Below are positions 1-9,883 of a stretch of 64,000 bases of DNA, one piece after another (position 1 is the first letter of the stretch; each line of letters starts with the position of its first letter). The position numbers and the translations under genes were made by a program. Below the pieces are notes generated by a model, which had not been told where the DNA came from, searched no databases, and was given only the letters and a program-made list of their open reading frames with translations. This DNA is from Promethearchaeota archaeon (lineage in GTDB: Archaea > Asgardarchaeota > Lokiarchaeia > Sigyniarchaeales > SOKP01), in NCBI GenBank assembly GCA_030599585.1, contig JAUVNS010000005.1, forward strand, positions 96,001 to 160,000, written 5' to 3'.

Positions 1-16
1 CTTGGTAAACTGAAAT

Positions 17-547
17 ATGAAGCGCAAATATCTTACAGTTCCTATTCTCGCTCTAATGGCTCTCATTCCAATGGTAAGTATTTTTGGATTTGAGTATATT
101 GACAACATAAACGATGGCATTTCCGTGTATTTTCTAGTAGATTTAGAAGCGGGTGAGAATATTGAAATTAACATAACCCATACCGGGGATGGGAACTTTA
201 CGCTTTTTCTATTCGATTCACGTCCTTCTCAAACTTATGTAAACGATGATAAAACTCTTAACCCTATCATATTCCAGGTAGCCTTAAATTACAGCGTAGA
301 TGACAATCCTTATATCAACTTTACCGTATCACAACCAAAAATATATTACATAGAACTGATTTTAATCGACAATGGGCCAGATACATTCTTCTTAGTATCT
401 AATATTGACGAGCTAACGAGATATTATCTCCCAATTGTACCAGGATATCAAATAGAACTTGTAATCCTCGCATTCGTGCTAACTACGGGTCTACTTCTCT
501 TGTATAAAATGAAATCAATGAAAAAGATTAAATCTAATAGTAATTAA
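17..547 (+). CDS. Exported/surface protein with C-terminal membrane anchor (Loki-CTERM-like)
   Basis: N-terminal KRK plus hydrophobic signal; beta-rich body; C-terminal IVPGY, TM helix and Lys-rich tail. Confidence 0.6.
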   Translation: MKRKYLTVPILALMALIPMVSIFGFEYIDNINDGISVYFLVDLEAGENIEINITHTGDGNFTLFLFDSRPSQTYVNDDKTLNPIIFQVALNYSVDDNPYINFTVSQPKIYYIELILIDNGPDTFFLVSNIDELTRYYLPIVPGYQIELVILAFVLTTGLLLLYKMKSMKKIKSNSN

Positions 548-770
548 ATCTCCAATCATCTATTCGTAATTTCTTATTGTTTGACGGATTCCGAAGTGCA
601 CTATATTTAAGTGATAGCTGATTTTGATAATTTTTTACTACTTTTCTTGTTCAAATCTAACAAAATCATCATTTTAGGCGATCTCTGATCATCCTCCATC
701 ACATAATTTTAAATTTAATTCACCAATAGCCTACTTATAGATTTTATATAAAGAAATAAAGTGTAGAAAA

Positions 771-1961
771 ATGGCGTTCGATGAAATTAGTAAAAAATTG
801 GCCCAACTAATGAAGGAAACAGAAGAAATTGAACTGCAAGATGTAGAACTCTTTGCCGAATACTTAGAATTTCAAATGCTACCTGGTATTATTCAATCTG
901 CAGCACAAGCAGTTCTTCCTGGTATCGGAAAAGCAGAATGGACACCAACAAAATTTTCTCTCGACTTGGATTTTCCGGGACAAATTGAAACTGTCGAATT
1001 TATACGTTCTAACGGAAAGAAAGCAACAATCGGTGGAGAAAAGGTACCTCCGTTCTATAACTTCCTGGGGCTTGATAAAAGAAACCCAAACCCCCCTCTC
1101 GTTACATACGATGTATTCGATATGGGCTCTAAAATGATGTTACCAAAACCTATTAAGAAAGAGTACGGAGAAGTCTTAGGGGATCCCGCAGAATGGGCTA
1201 AATTAGCGGTTAATAAATTTGGCGCAGAAAGTATAACTTTCCACTCTCTAGAAATCGATCCTGGAATGGGCGACGCACCTGTTTCTCAATCTCTAAAATA
1301 TTTAGAAGATATATTGCAAGCAGTTGATGTTCCGGTCATTATTGGTTGTTCGGGAAATAAAGAAAAGGATGTAGAGTTATTTAAAGTCACTGCGGCTGCT
1401 ACTGAAAGCGAAGTATTGATGCTTTCTGCTGCAGACAAAGCTACATGGGAGGAAGTAATTCCATTAGCAGTTAAATACGATCACAATTGCTTGCTATGGA
1501 CGAGTTTGGATTTAAACAACCAAATAAAAATGAACAAAGACGCTCTAGAACTGGGACTCCCTAAAAATAGAATAGTTATGGATCCAACTTGCGCTACATT
1601 GGGCTACGGTATGGAATACTCGTTCAGCATTTATCAAAGAATGCGGATCGCTGGATTGTTGGGAGAAACTGACCTAGCATATCCAATCAGTGGTGGTACA
1701 ACTAACGCATGGGGTGCTCGTGAAGCTTGGATGAGCGAAAAAGTAGCGCCTCAATGGGGGAAGAGAGAGTACCGAGGACCAATTTGGGAAATTATTAATG
1801 CTTTAAGTTTAACTCTTGTAGGCTTAGATCTTGCTATGATGTTCCATCCTATAGCCGCTAAACACGTTAAGGAAATAACAAGTCAATTCTTTGCAGAAAT
1901 TCCTAAACACTTAGAAGGTAAAGGTTATTACGACTGGGTTTCAGCAAGAATTAAGAAATAG
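771..1961 (+). CDS. cdhD: Acetyl-CoA decarbonylase/synthase delta subunit (corrinoid Fe-S protein small subunit)
   Basis: IGGEKVPPFY, DPAEWAK, VDVPVIIGCSGNKEKD, MDPT..LGYGMEYS, AWGAREAW motifs. Confidence 0.92.
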   Translation: MAFDEISKKLAQLMKETEEIELQDVELFAEYLEFQMLPGIIQSAAQAVLPGIGKAEWTPTKFSLDLDFPGQIETVEFIRSNGKKATIGGEKVPPFYNFLGLDKRNPNPPLVTYDVFDMGSKMMLPKPIKKEYGEVLGDPAEWAKLAVNKFGAESITFHSLEIDPGMGDAPVSQSLKYLEDILQAVDVPVIIGCSGNKEKDVELFKVTAAATESEVLMLSAADKATWEEVIPLAVKYDHNCLLWTSLDLNNQIKMNKDALELGLPKNRIVMDPTCATLGYGMEYSFSIYQRMRIAGLLGETDLAYPISGGTTNAWGAREAWMSEKVAPQWGKREYRGPIWEIINALSLTLVGLDLAMMFHPIAAKHVKEITSQFFAEIPKHLEGKGYYDWVSARIKK

Positions 1962-1995
1962 ATTTCTCCTTTTTTCTCATTTTTTTTTAATTAAT

Positions 1996-2880
1996 TCATT
2001 TAGAACTACGATCTTTTAATTCTATACTGTAGACTAAGTCTTTATTCATATCTAACTTAATCAATATTTTTTCTACGATTGTTCTGACTCGGGGTTTATA
2101 ATATTCAAGAATCATCACGCCAGGAAAAGCTGAACCTGCTGCAATAAGAGGGCTAATTATTTGAATTATTACTGCCATTTCGAATTTACCACTTTGTATT
2201 ACAGGGGTTACCCAAAAAATAATCATTATAATTAAATTATATATAAACCCAATCCCGGCATATCCTTTAATTACTTTATATAAGCGGCTACTAGCTAAGT
2301 CAGCGGCTTCAAATTGAACGCCTTTAATCTTTTTAGTCGTTACAACACCAGAATCCATCATTACCCATATAGGAATAACGATAAGAGCACAAGGGATTAC
2401 TACGATCCAGGCTAATTGCCACATTGTAGATACATCGGGTAGCGAATATGTAATTGATGGGTTTACACTTCTCATAAATTCGACAATAGTTTCTTGTCCT
2501 GATAATGTAAAGCAAATATTACCAACAAAAAATCCTAAAATGATAGATCTTATCCAAATTCTACGGTATAATAAAGATCCGCTTAATTTTTCCACATTTA
2601 CAAGTCCTACTTTATTTTTTTTACTAAGTGTTTTCACATATCTCTTGATAAAAATTGGCGAGATAAAAAATATAGAAATTAATCCCGCAATCGTACCAAA
2701 TACCCCTGACATTACTATCGTAAAGACCCATTCAACTTGGACGTTTCCAGGAGTAATAAATTCCCCTTCTGGGTTTGGCATGGGGTCTATCATAAAAGAA
2801 AAAGCTACAATCGTAAGAATTATTAACAATACATAAAGGACTATAAAGAATAAATAGACTTTCCGCGTTTTACCATTCAT
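1996..2880 (-). CDS. Hypothetical multi-pass membrane protein
   Basis: 294-aa ORF with about 6 hydrophobic segments. Confidence 0.7.
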   Translation of the reverse strand: MNGKTRKVYLFFIVLYVLLIILTIVAFSFMIDPMPNPEGEFITPGNVQVEWVFTIVMSGVFGTIAGLISIFFISPIFIKRYVKTLSKKNKVGLVNVEKLSGSLLYRRIWIRSIILGFFVGNICFTLSGQETIVEFMRSVNPSITYSLPDVSTMWQLAWIVVIPCALIVIPIWVMMDSGVVTTKKIKGVQFEAADLASSRLYKVIKGYAGIGFIYNLIIMIIFWVTPVIQSGKFEMAVIIQIISPLIAAGSAFPGVMILEYYKPRVRTIVEKILIKLDMNKDLVYSIELKDRSSK

Positions 2881-3028
2881 AAATCATACATCTATTTTAT
2901 ATATTTAAAATTAATCTATAAACAAGTTTATGAAAAGAAATTGCACTCCAAAACTATATACATAAGATTTAAATAATCTATTTTGTCATCTAGATTGGAA
3001 TTTGTAATGTATTTAGGGGGAAACTAGG

Positions 3029-3136
3029 TTGAAAGCGGTAAATATATATGAAATTATTATGACAATAATCGGATTAACTGCCTTATTTGCTTTAGGCTAT
3101 GTGATCCTTGCTATTGCAAGTCTGTTTTCTCTCTAA
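3029..3136 (+). CDS. Small single-TM peptide (35 aa), below the ORF-track cutoff
   Basis: AGGGGG upstream of TTG; MKAVNIYEIIMTIIGLTALFALGYVILAIASLFSL-TAA. Confidence 0.45.
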   Translation: MKAVNIYEIIMTIIGLTALFALGYVILAIASLFSL

Positions 3137-3165
3137 TTCAAATAAAAAGGATAATAAAAATAAGT

Positions 3166-3414
3166 TCATGTAAGCTTTTTAATTTTGATGTAGTAATCTT
3201 CCCCGTTGATCTTAAACTCTAGTACAGAGTCTCCATGCTTTTCGACATACCTCTTAACATTCTCCCCTGATTCTCCAAAATCACCTGTTACTTCAAGGAT
3301 ATCTCCAGATTCCATTTCTCTTAATTTTTTTTTTGTTCTTGCTACTGGTAATGGGCACACTAATCCATTGCAATTCAAAGTATAAGATTTACTAATAATT
3401 ACCACCTGTTTCAT
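3166..3414 (-). CDS. tusA: Sulfurtransferase, TusA/SirA family
   Basis: LNCNGLVCPLPV (CPxP motif), GDILEV, YYIKIKK; the true start may be a few codons downstream. Confidence 0.88.
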   Translation of the reverse strand: MKQVVIISKSYTLNCNGLVCPLPVARTKKKLREMESGDILEVTGDFGESGENVKRYVEKHGDSVLEFKINGEDYYIKIKKLT

Positions 3415-3416
3415 TT

Positions 3417-3776
3417 CTAACTGAATAACACATTATCGGCTTCTACACACATATTAACAAAACCGTTCATGGTGGTTATTTCAATACCAGGAATTAGTTC
3501 CTCAGCTGCAACGCCTCTTGCTTTAGTGCATACGCCACAAGCTTTAACAACTCCACCTTCCTCGATTATATCTTTAAGCCACTTTTCAAGGTTGTCATAA
3601 GATGAGGGATTCTGATGTTTTTTTCCTACAAACACTCCATCTTCTACTAAAAAGATATTTATTTTATGCCCTTCTAGTAACGATGTAAATGCGAACCTTA
3701 GCATTGTATAGGGCCTTTCGGAAGTATAGGCACCATCACCAATTACGATTGTAAAAGTTTTTATCTTATCGGTCAT
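3417..3776 (-). CDS. DsrE/TusD family sulfur relay protein
   Basis: IFLVEDGV, ACGVCTKARG, ADNVLF. Confidence 0.85.
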   Translation of the reverse strand: MTDKIKTFTIVIGDGAYTSERPYTMLRFAFTSLLEGHKINIFLVEDGVFVGKKHQNPSSYDNLEKWLKDIIEEGGVVKACGVCTKARGVAAEELIPGIEITTMNGFVNMCVEADNVLFS

Positions 3777-3960
3777 GTTGGGTCAAATTTTTAACTAATT
3801 TAAAACAATAGGTTATATTATAGAAATTAAAAAGTATTTATTAATTTTTTCGTATTAATTTATTTATTATTTCGATAAATTATTTAATATTGTAAAGGCG
3901 TTACTTATTTGAACAAGAGAATTATTTTTAACTTAATAGTAAAGAGAAGATAATAGGACG

Positions 3961-4863
3961 ATGAAAATCGAATATCTAAGGAACTTTATAAAATTAGTGA
4001 ACTACAAAAGTTTTTCAGAATTGGCACGCGACATTGCAATTTCCCAGAGTACTATTTCTCATCAAATTTCTCAACTTGAGAAAATTTTTGGAGTAACCTT
4101 GATTAACAGGAGTACAAAAAAGTTCGAAATTACAGAAGCTGGAAATACCTTATTAGATTATTCACAACAAATTATTGATTTATACGATTCTTGCGTTATA
4201 AATTTAGAAAAGTATGGAAACGCAAAATTTGAAGAAATTGTAATTTCGGCGTCCACAACGCCGGGATCTCATATTTTACCAAGATATATCGCAAAGTTCC
4301 GAGATAAAAATCCCAATGTGAATTTCAAAATTAAAATTAATAATTCACTGAAATCGATAGAAAATATCGTTAAAAACTTGGCGGATTTTGCTGGCATAGG
4401 CAGTTTTATAAATTACAATAAGGATGATTTTGATTTCATCAAAATTGGAGAGGATCAGCTTAAATTTATCTGTTCTCCTAATCATAAATTACTTGAAAAT
4501 ACAAAGAGTTTAGTTAATTTCGCAGATATTGTTAAATTCCCTTTTGTTTGGCGAGAAAAAGGTTCAGGGATGAGGAATGCATTTGAACGCCAATTTCCAG
4601 ATTATAAAAAGCTAAAAATTAAACTCGAGATGAATGACAACGATTCCATTATTTCAACAGTTAGCGAATCGAAATATGTTAGCATTATGAGTGAAATGAT
4701 GGCAGTCAATGCCGAAAAGGCAGGATTAATTAAAATTCTAGAAATTATTGGTTTTCCTCAGATTGTAAAAAGAGATTTATTCTTTATCAAATCAAAAAAT
4801 AAAGAATTAAGCGAATTAAAGACTAGTTTTTGGGAATATATAAAAAAAAAATATGATAATTAG
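3961..4863 (+). CDS. LysR family transcriptional regulator (CysL-like)
   Basis: HTH SFSELA..ISQSTISHQISQLE..FGVTLINR; ASTTPG and WREKGSGMR in the effector domain. Confidence 0.9.
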   Translation: MKIEYLRNFIKLVNYKSFSELARDIAISQSTISHQISQLEKIFGVTLINRSTKKFEITEAGNTLLDYSQQIIDLYDSCVINLEKYGNAKFEEIVISASTTPGSHILPRYIAKFRDKNPNVNFKIKINNSLKSIENIVKNLADFAGIGSFINYNKDDFDFIKIGEDQLKFICSPNHKLLENTKSLVNFADIVKFPFVWREKGSGMRNAFERQFPDYKKLKIKLEMNDNDSIISTVSESKYVSIMSEMMAVNAEKAGLIKILEIIGFPQIVKRDLFFIKSKNKELSELKTSFWEYIKKKYDN

Positions 4864-4877
4864 TTGAGTAAGTTTTT

Positions 4878-6314
4878 CTATTTAATTAGCCCTGCATTAT
4901 CGAAATTCAGAAAGTAGCTAATTTTTTCTTTCAAAGGATATATACCCTCTTTAAATAATGTGATAAGAAAGATTACGATAAACACAATAGAACCTAGCCC
5001 TGGAGCAAAATTTCCCATAAAATCAACAGCAGTAGAAGTGGGATCCAAAGAAAATAGAGTATATATTAACGATCCGACCGCAATGATGACTGATAGGAAT
5101 GAGATCACGACTGCAACTTTTTTGCTGATATTTAGATGGAACGGCCCGATATCCAAGCGAAAGTGTTTAGGCTGGACTATTATCGATAAAACGCTGTGAT
5201 TTATAATATTCTCTTCAAATTCGATATAGACGTGCAAATACCTCCTTTCTCCCATTTTCTTTTCTTTCTTAGTTTTGTCCTTTTTTTTAACGGGTAATAC
5301 CGAGAATATCATAACGGGTGGATTGATAGCGTCTTTTTTAATTTCTACTTTGCCGTGTAAGGGGTGAACTTCAAATCCTTCTCCTTTAACTTTTAAGTCT
5401 ACTATAGGAGGTTCTTTCTTTGTAGTAACAATTTGAAAGGATGTTTCAAAAACCGTTTTACCTTCCTCATCAACGATTTTGAGTTCCTTATGTGACAAGT
5501 ACACATAAAACAAATAGCTCGATTGTTCCATCATGACAGAATAATATTGAAGTCCCATATTTATATCGTAGGTCGTGCTTTGAGGTTCTTCCGAAAGATC
5601 TTCTTTTCCTCGTAATGGGCTTTCTTCTTCTGGTTTAAGGGTTTCTCCATACCCCCCTAGAACCTCGCTGGCTGCTTTCGGAGGTCCTCCACCTGGGGCT
5701 ATTGACGGTCGAGAAGGAGGCGCAGGAGCAGAACCAAACGATTCACTTGAAGCATTGTCCATACTGCGAGCTTCCTCCATAAACATGTCTTCATCAATAG
5801 ACTCTTCATCCGCAGCGTATTTCATTGCTTTAGATTCTTGTCTTTTCCCCTTTTTTTTAGCTTTCGGGGCATCCACCATGCGTTCTTTTTTGTCTTGGAA
5901 ATCATAGGCTTTTCCCGATTTTCTGCGTAAAAGATTATCATCTACAGTAATTTTAGAGAGTGTCGCAGGTTCGTCTGAAATGACTATAACTTCCTTTTCT
6001 TTAGCTTTTTCTTTTTTGCCTTCTTTCTCTTTTTTAGAAATTAAATTAAGGTTTTTAAGTTTAGTCTTCTCTAAAAGGGGTGTGAGGGTGACGAAGTCTA
6101 CAAACGAAATATTCGCTCTATTTAATTGAATATCTCCAAATGACTTGTAAATATCATCTAAAACCTTACCCAACTTGGCATTTTTTTTATAATTTCCAAT
6201 AAAGATAAAATCAAGAATGTATACTGAAAGAATTTGAGTTTTTTTGTCATAAAATATTTTATTTGTTTCAATTTTAAGTTCATTAATTGCTTGTAGAGTT
6301 TCCATATTTTCCAC
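4878..6314 (-). CDS. Hypothetical protein with Pro-rich low-complexity linker and two C-terminal TM helices
   Basis: 478-aa ORF; APAPPSRPSIAPGGGPP; hydrophobic C-terminus. Confidence 0.7.
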   Translation of the reverse strand: MENMETLQAINELKIETNKIFYDKKTQILSVYILDFIFIGNYKKNAKLGKVLDDIYKSFGDIQLNRANISFVDFVTLTPLLEKTKLKNLNLISKKEKEGKKEKAKEKEVIVISDEPATLSKITVDDNLLRRKSGKAYDFQDKKERMVDAPKAKKKGKRQESKAMKYAADEESIDEDMFMEEARSMDNASSESFGSAPAPPSRPSIAPGGGPPKAASEVLGGYGETLKPEEESPLRGKEDLSEEPQSTTYDINMGLQYYSVMMEQSSYLFYVYLSHKELKIVDEEGKTVFETSFQIVTTKKEPPIVDLKVKGEGFEVHPLHGKVEIKKDAINPPVMIFSVLPVKKKDKTKKEKKMGERRYLHVYIEFEENIINHSVLSIIVQPKHFRLDIGPFHLNISKKVAVVISFLSVIIAVGSLIYTLFSLDPTSTAVDFMGNFAPGLGSIVFIVIFLITLFKEGIYPLKEKISYFLNFDNAGLIK

Positions 6315-6340
6315 TACATTATTCTTTGTTTTTTATTATT

Positions 6341-7348
6341 TTACGAATTTAAATCTCTTAAATAAGCCTTAAATTCTAAGATGTGTTTTTTAATATCTTT
6401 TATTTTTTCTATTTTTAAATCTTTTCCTATAATTTTTTCAATTGCATCATTCATCAATTGCAGATCCTTATAAGCCTTAAAATTATCGTAGGAGGTAGAT
6501 TCGAACTTAGATTGCCAAGGCTTTAGTTTTGGTCTGGATTCTATTCCTCTTAACTCCCATCTAATTTCGTTTTTAAACGCTTTAGTTAGCGGTTTTATGC
6601 TAAATTCATCCCACTTTTGAATAATCCAAGGTGCATACTTGTGAAGCTTGTCATAATCTAACTCTAAATCGTCTTTCCATTCAAATTGATGGTCCCAATT
6701 TGCAATAGCGATAATATTATTGTTTAATGTTTTTTCTATTGGGAAGAATCTCCAAGAATTTCTGTTAATTTTCTCACTTTTAAAAGGAAATCCTTCTGCG
6801 TATTGAAAATAATATCCTATTACCTTAAATTCCTTAGTATTTGTTGTGCTTAACCTCAGGTAGACCTCGATTTGAGCGATATCTATTTTGCTTTTAAAGA
6901 GTTCTTCTTGAAGTAATTTATATAGCACATTCTTTGCTTGGTTTGGATGACATTTTCCAGAAAAAACGGGAAAATAAGTGAAACAGTAAAAAACATTAGT
7001 TCCTTGAGTTTCTCCCTTATAAATTTCCACCCAATTTTCCAAAGGCTTGATTAAAACGTGAGAACGCAGGTAAATAAAAATTAAAACGATATCCACTACG
7101 GCAGCGATACTAATTACCGCAATAAAAAGAATTAGAAATGTTTCTGCTACTCTAAAGATAATTGATAAAGATACAAAAATGAACAAACCTCCAGTTAGAA
7201 AGAAAAAAGCTATTAAAGAATTCAAAGCTTCATGTTCTTTGTCTTTCTTTGAGTATAGGAAACTTGGAGAGTTGTCAACAATTACTTTCTTGCTAAATTC
7301 ATCAATGAAATCTTGAAAAATTACTTTATTCCAATCTGAATCTGACAT
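6341..7348 (-). CDS. Hypothetical membrane protein (2 N-terminal TMs)
   Basis: 335-aa ORF, co-oriented with the downstream gene. Confidence 0.7.
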   Translation of the reverse strand: MSDSDWNKVIFQDFIDEFSKKVIVDNSPSFLYSKKDKEHEALNSLIAFFFLTGGLFIFVSLSIIFRVAETFLILFIAVISIAAVVDIVLIFIYLRSHVLIKPLENWVEIYKGETQGTNVFYCFTYFPVFSGKCHPNQAKNVLYKLLQEELFKSKIDIAQIEVYLRLSTTNTKEFKVIGYYFQYAEGFPFKSEKINRNSWRFFPIEKTLNNNIIAIANWDHQFEWKDDLELDYDKLHKYAPWIIQKWDEFSIKPLTKAFKNEIRWELRGIESRPKLKPWQSKFESTSYDNFKAYKDLQLMNDAIEKIIGKDLKIEKIKDIKKHILEFKAYLRDLNS

Positions 7349-7543
7349 TTTATTCAGAAAAAAACTTCAATTTAATAGATTTAATTTAATCTCAATAAGG
7401 GGTACTTATTTTTATATTTTAGTAGGTAATTAAGGTCATGTTTTAACAGCTTTATCTTAAATTCAAGCAATAGGTAAATTAAAAAATCGAAGCTCTTTTG
7501 AAATTTTTAATTAATATATTTCATTAATTCTCTTGAGCTATTT

Positions 7544-9871
7544 ATGGTGGATTTTGAAGATTTTCTAAACTATCTCAAGTCTCAAGATTATTATTGCGGT
7601 CAAATACATCATATCGAGCATTTACCCGAATTAAAACCTCGGTTTGAAAATCTGGATAAACCTTTAAGAAGAAGGCTAGAAAGATGGCTAGACAATAAGG
7701 ATATACGATTGTGGAGACATCAAGCTGAAGCTGTGAATTCTATCAGGCAAGGAAACAACACTGTAATAGTTACTTCGACGGCATCAGGAAAATCTTTGTG
7801 TTACAATTTACCCGTATTAGATACTTTATTAAATGACGGGAAAACTACCGCTTTATATCTTTTCCCGACTAAAGCATTAGCCCGAGACCAATTTTTTCAA
7901 CTGAAAGAAATTCTAGCTGACACGAATATTAAACAAAATAGGATTGGAGTTTACGACGGCGATACTAACCCAAATGAAAAAAGATATATCTTAGCGAATG
8001 CTAATATAATAATAACTAATCCATACGGATTGCATTTCTATTTACCTTGGTTAAAACAAAAATGGCGTAGGGTATGTAGTAACTTAAAATATATTGTATT
8101 AGATGAAATTCATGTATACCGGGGAATTTTCGGCTCTAATTTTGCTTTATTATTAAGACGATTGAAAAGAATACTTGATTTTTTTGATGTTAAACCAATT
8201 TGGATCTTATCAAGTGCTACTATAAGTAATGCGAAACAATTCTGCGAAAAACTTATTGGCGAAGATTTTGTGGTTATAGATAAAGACGATTCTCCCTCGG
8301 GTGCTAAAAAAGTAATTCTATGGGATTTGCCATACGATAAAGTTTCGGGTAAATATAGATCCGCTCATCAAGAAACAAAGAACTTGTTTATTTCACACCT
8401 CAAATATAAACAAGGTATCCAAACGTTAACTTTTACCCTTTCAAGAAAAATGGCTGAGCTTCAGGCTATTTGGACAAGAAAAGCTTTACCAACTTTAAAA
8501 AACAAAATTTATAGCTATAGAGCCGGTATTAGTAAGGCCAAAAGGAGAGAAATAGAGGAAAAATTTAAGAGAAAAGAAATTCTAGGAATAAGTTCCACAA
8601 ACGCTCTAGAACTCGGAATTGATATAGGTTCCTTAGATGCTACTATTAGTTCTGGCTTTCCAGGAACTATTTCTAGCTTTAAACAGCAAATTGGTCGTTC
8701 AGGAAGAGGTTCCGATTTATCAATTTCGACATTCGTCCCAATGCAAAATCCATTAGATTTATTTTATGTTCATAATCACGACCAACTCTTCGGAAATATT
8801 CAAGAAGAAATTCTAATAACACTAAAAAACAAATATATTTTAAAAAATCATATGTGTTGCGCAGCTAAGGAGATACCAATAAGTAAAAACGAATACAAAA
8901 AGTTCGGCATAGAAGAACAAAAGCTATTTGACGATTGTATTGAAGAATTAATTTCTGATTCTTTACTAATGAAAAGGAATGAAAAATTTTATTGGAAAGG
9001 GGCATTTTTTCCAAACGAGAAGTATGGATTAAACGCGCTTTCTTCTAAGAGTTATAAAGTAATTCTCAAAGTAAATGATACTGAAACCCTCCTAACAGTG
9101 GAGGATCAAAGCTATGTTTTTCGAGATTTACACCCTGGAGCAGTTTATCTTTATGAAGCTGAAACTTATGTGGTCCAAGATTTAGACTTAGATGAAAGGG
9201 TAGTTTACTTATTACGATCCGATGTTGAATTTTATACTCAATCACTTAAACATACGGATATATATCCACTTGAAATAATATTACAAGATACTACGGGACA
9301 AAAGAATTTAATTGAGAAATTCTTTGGAAAAGTAAAAGTTGAACACGAGTACTATTCTTACAAAGTCATAGATACATTTTCTCAAGAAACCTTATCTCGT
9401 CACCCATTAGATAACATTCCTATTATCGAGTTTGAAACTCAAGCTGTTTGGTTTGGAATTCCCTTTGAATACCAAAAAGAGCTAGAATTGGAAGGATTCG
9501 ATTTAGGGGGTACTATTCACGCTGTTGAACACGCTATGATCGCAATGGCTCCAGCATTAGCTCAAATATCGAGATGGGATTTAGGTGGTGTCTCTATCGA
9601 TTTCGATCCAGTAAAGCAACAACCCCTTATTTATGTTTACGACGCATTTAGGGGGGGTATAGGAATCTCCGAACAATTATATTTTCATTTAATAGATTTA
9701 CTCCATTTATCTTTGAAATTAATCGAATCGTGTAGCTGCAAAACTGATAACGGATGCCCAGCATGTGTGATGAGTCCAAAATGCGGCAATAATAACGATC
9801 CTTTAGATAAGGAGGGCGCCCTTTTTCTTTTAAAAAAACTCCTTAATATCGATCAAGAGATTACCAATTAA
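7544..9871 (+). CDS. SF2 DEAH-box helicase with DUF1998 C-terminus (Hrq1/SftH/MrfA family)
   Basis: TSTASGKS, FPTKALARDQ, LDEIH, SSAT, STNALELGIDIG, QQIGRSGR; C-terminal HAVEHA, YDAFRGGIG, CSC..GCPAC..C. Confidence 0.9.
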   Translation: MVDFEDFLNYLKSQDYYCGQIHHIEHLPELKPRFENLDKPLRRRLERWLDNKDIRLWRHQAEAVNSIRQGNNTVIVTSTASGKSLCYNLPVLDTLLNDGKTTALYLFPTKALARDQFFQLKEILADTNIKQNRIGVYDGDTNPNEKRYILANANIIITNPYGLHFYLPWLKQKWRRVCSNLKYIVLDEIHVYRGIFGSNFALLLRRLKRILDFFDVKPIWILSSATISNAKQFCEKLIGEDFVVIDKDDSPSGAKKVILWDLPYDKVSGKYRSAHQETKNLFISHLKYKQGIQTLTFTLSRKMAELQAIWTRKALPTLKNKIYSYRAGISKAKRREIEEKFKRKEILGISSTNALELGIDIGSLDATISSGFPGTISSFKQQIGRSGRGSDLSISTFVPMQNPLDLFYVHNHDQLFGNIQEEILITLKNKYILKNHMCCAAKEIPISKNEYKKFGIEEQKLFDDCIEELISDSLLMKRNEKFYWKGAFFPNEKYGLNALSSKSYKVILKVNDTETLLTVEDQSYVFRDLHPGAVYLYEAETYVVQDLDLDERVVYLLRSDVEFYTQSLKHTDIYPLEIILQDTTGQKNLIEKFFGKVKVEHEYYSYKVIDTFSQETLSRHPLDNIPIIEFETQAVWFGIPFEYQKELELEGFDLGGTIHAVEHAMIAMAPALAQISRWDLGGVSIDFDPVKQQPLIYVYDAFRGGIGISEQLYFHLIDLLHLSLKLIESCSCKTDNGCPACVMSPKCGNNNDPLDKEGALFLLKKLLNIDQEITN

Positions 9872-9883
9872 TTATTTTATTCA

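Noticed and set aside
3166-3776. Selenocysteine recoding in tusA or dsrE
   Set aside because: Active-site residues are Cys codons, and read-through of the tusA TGA gives no meaningful extension.
7544-9871. DUF1998 helicase as part of a DISARM/Druantia defence island
   Set aside because: It is a single fused Hrq1/SftH-type gene among housekeeping genes, with no methylase or other defence partners.
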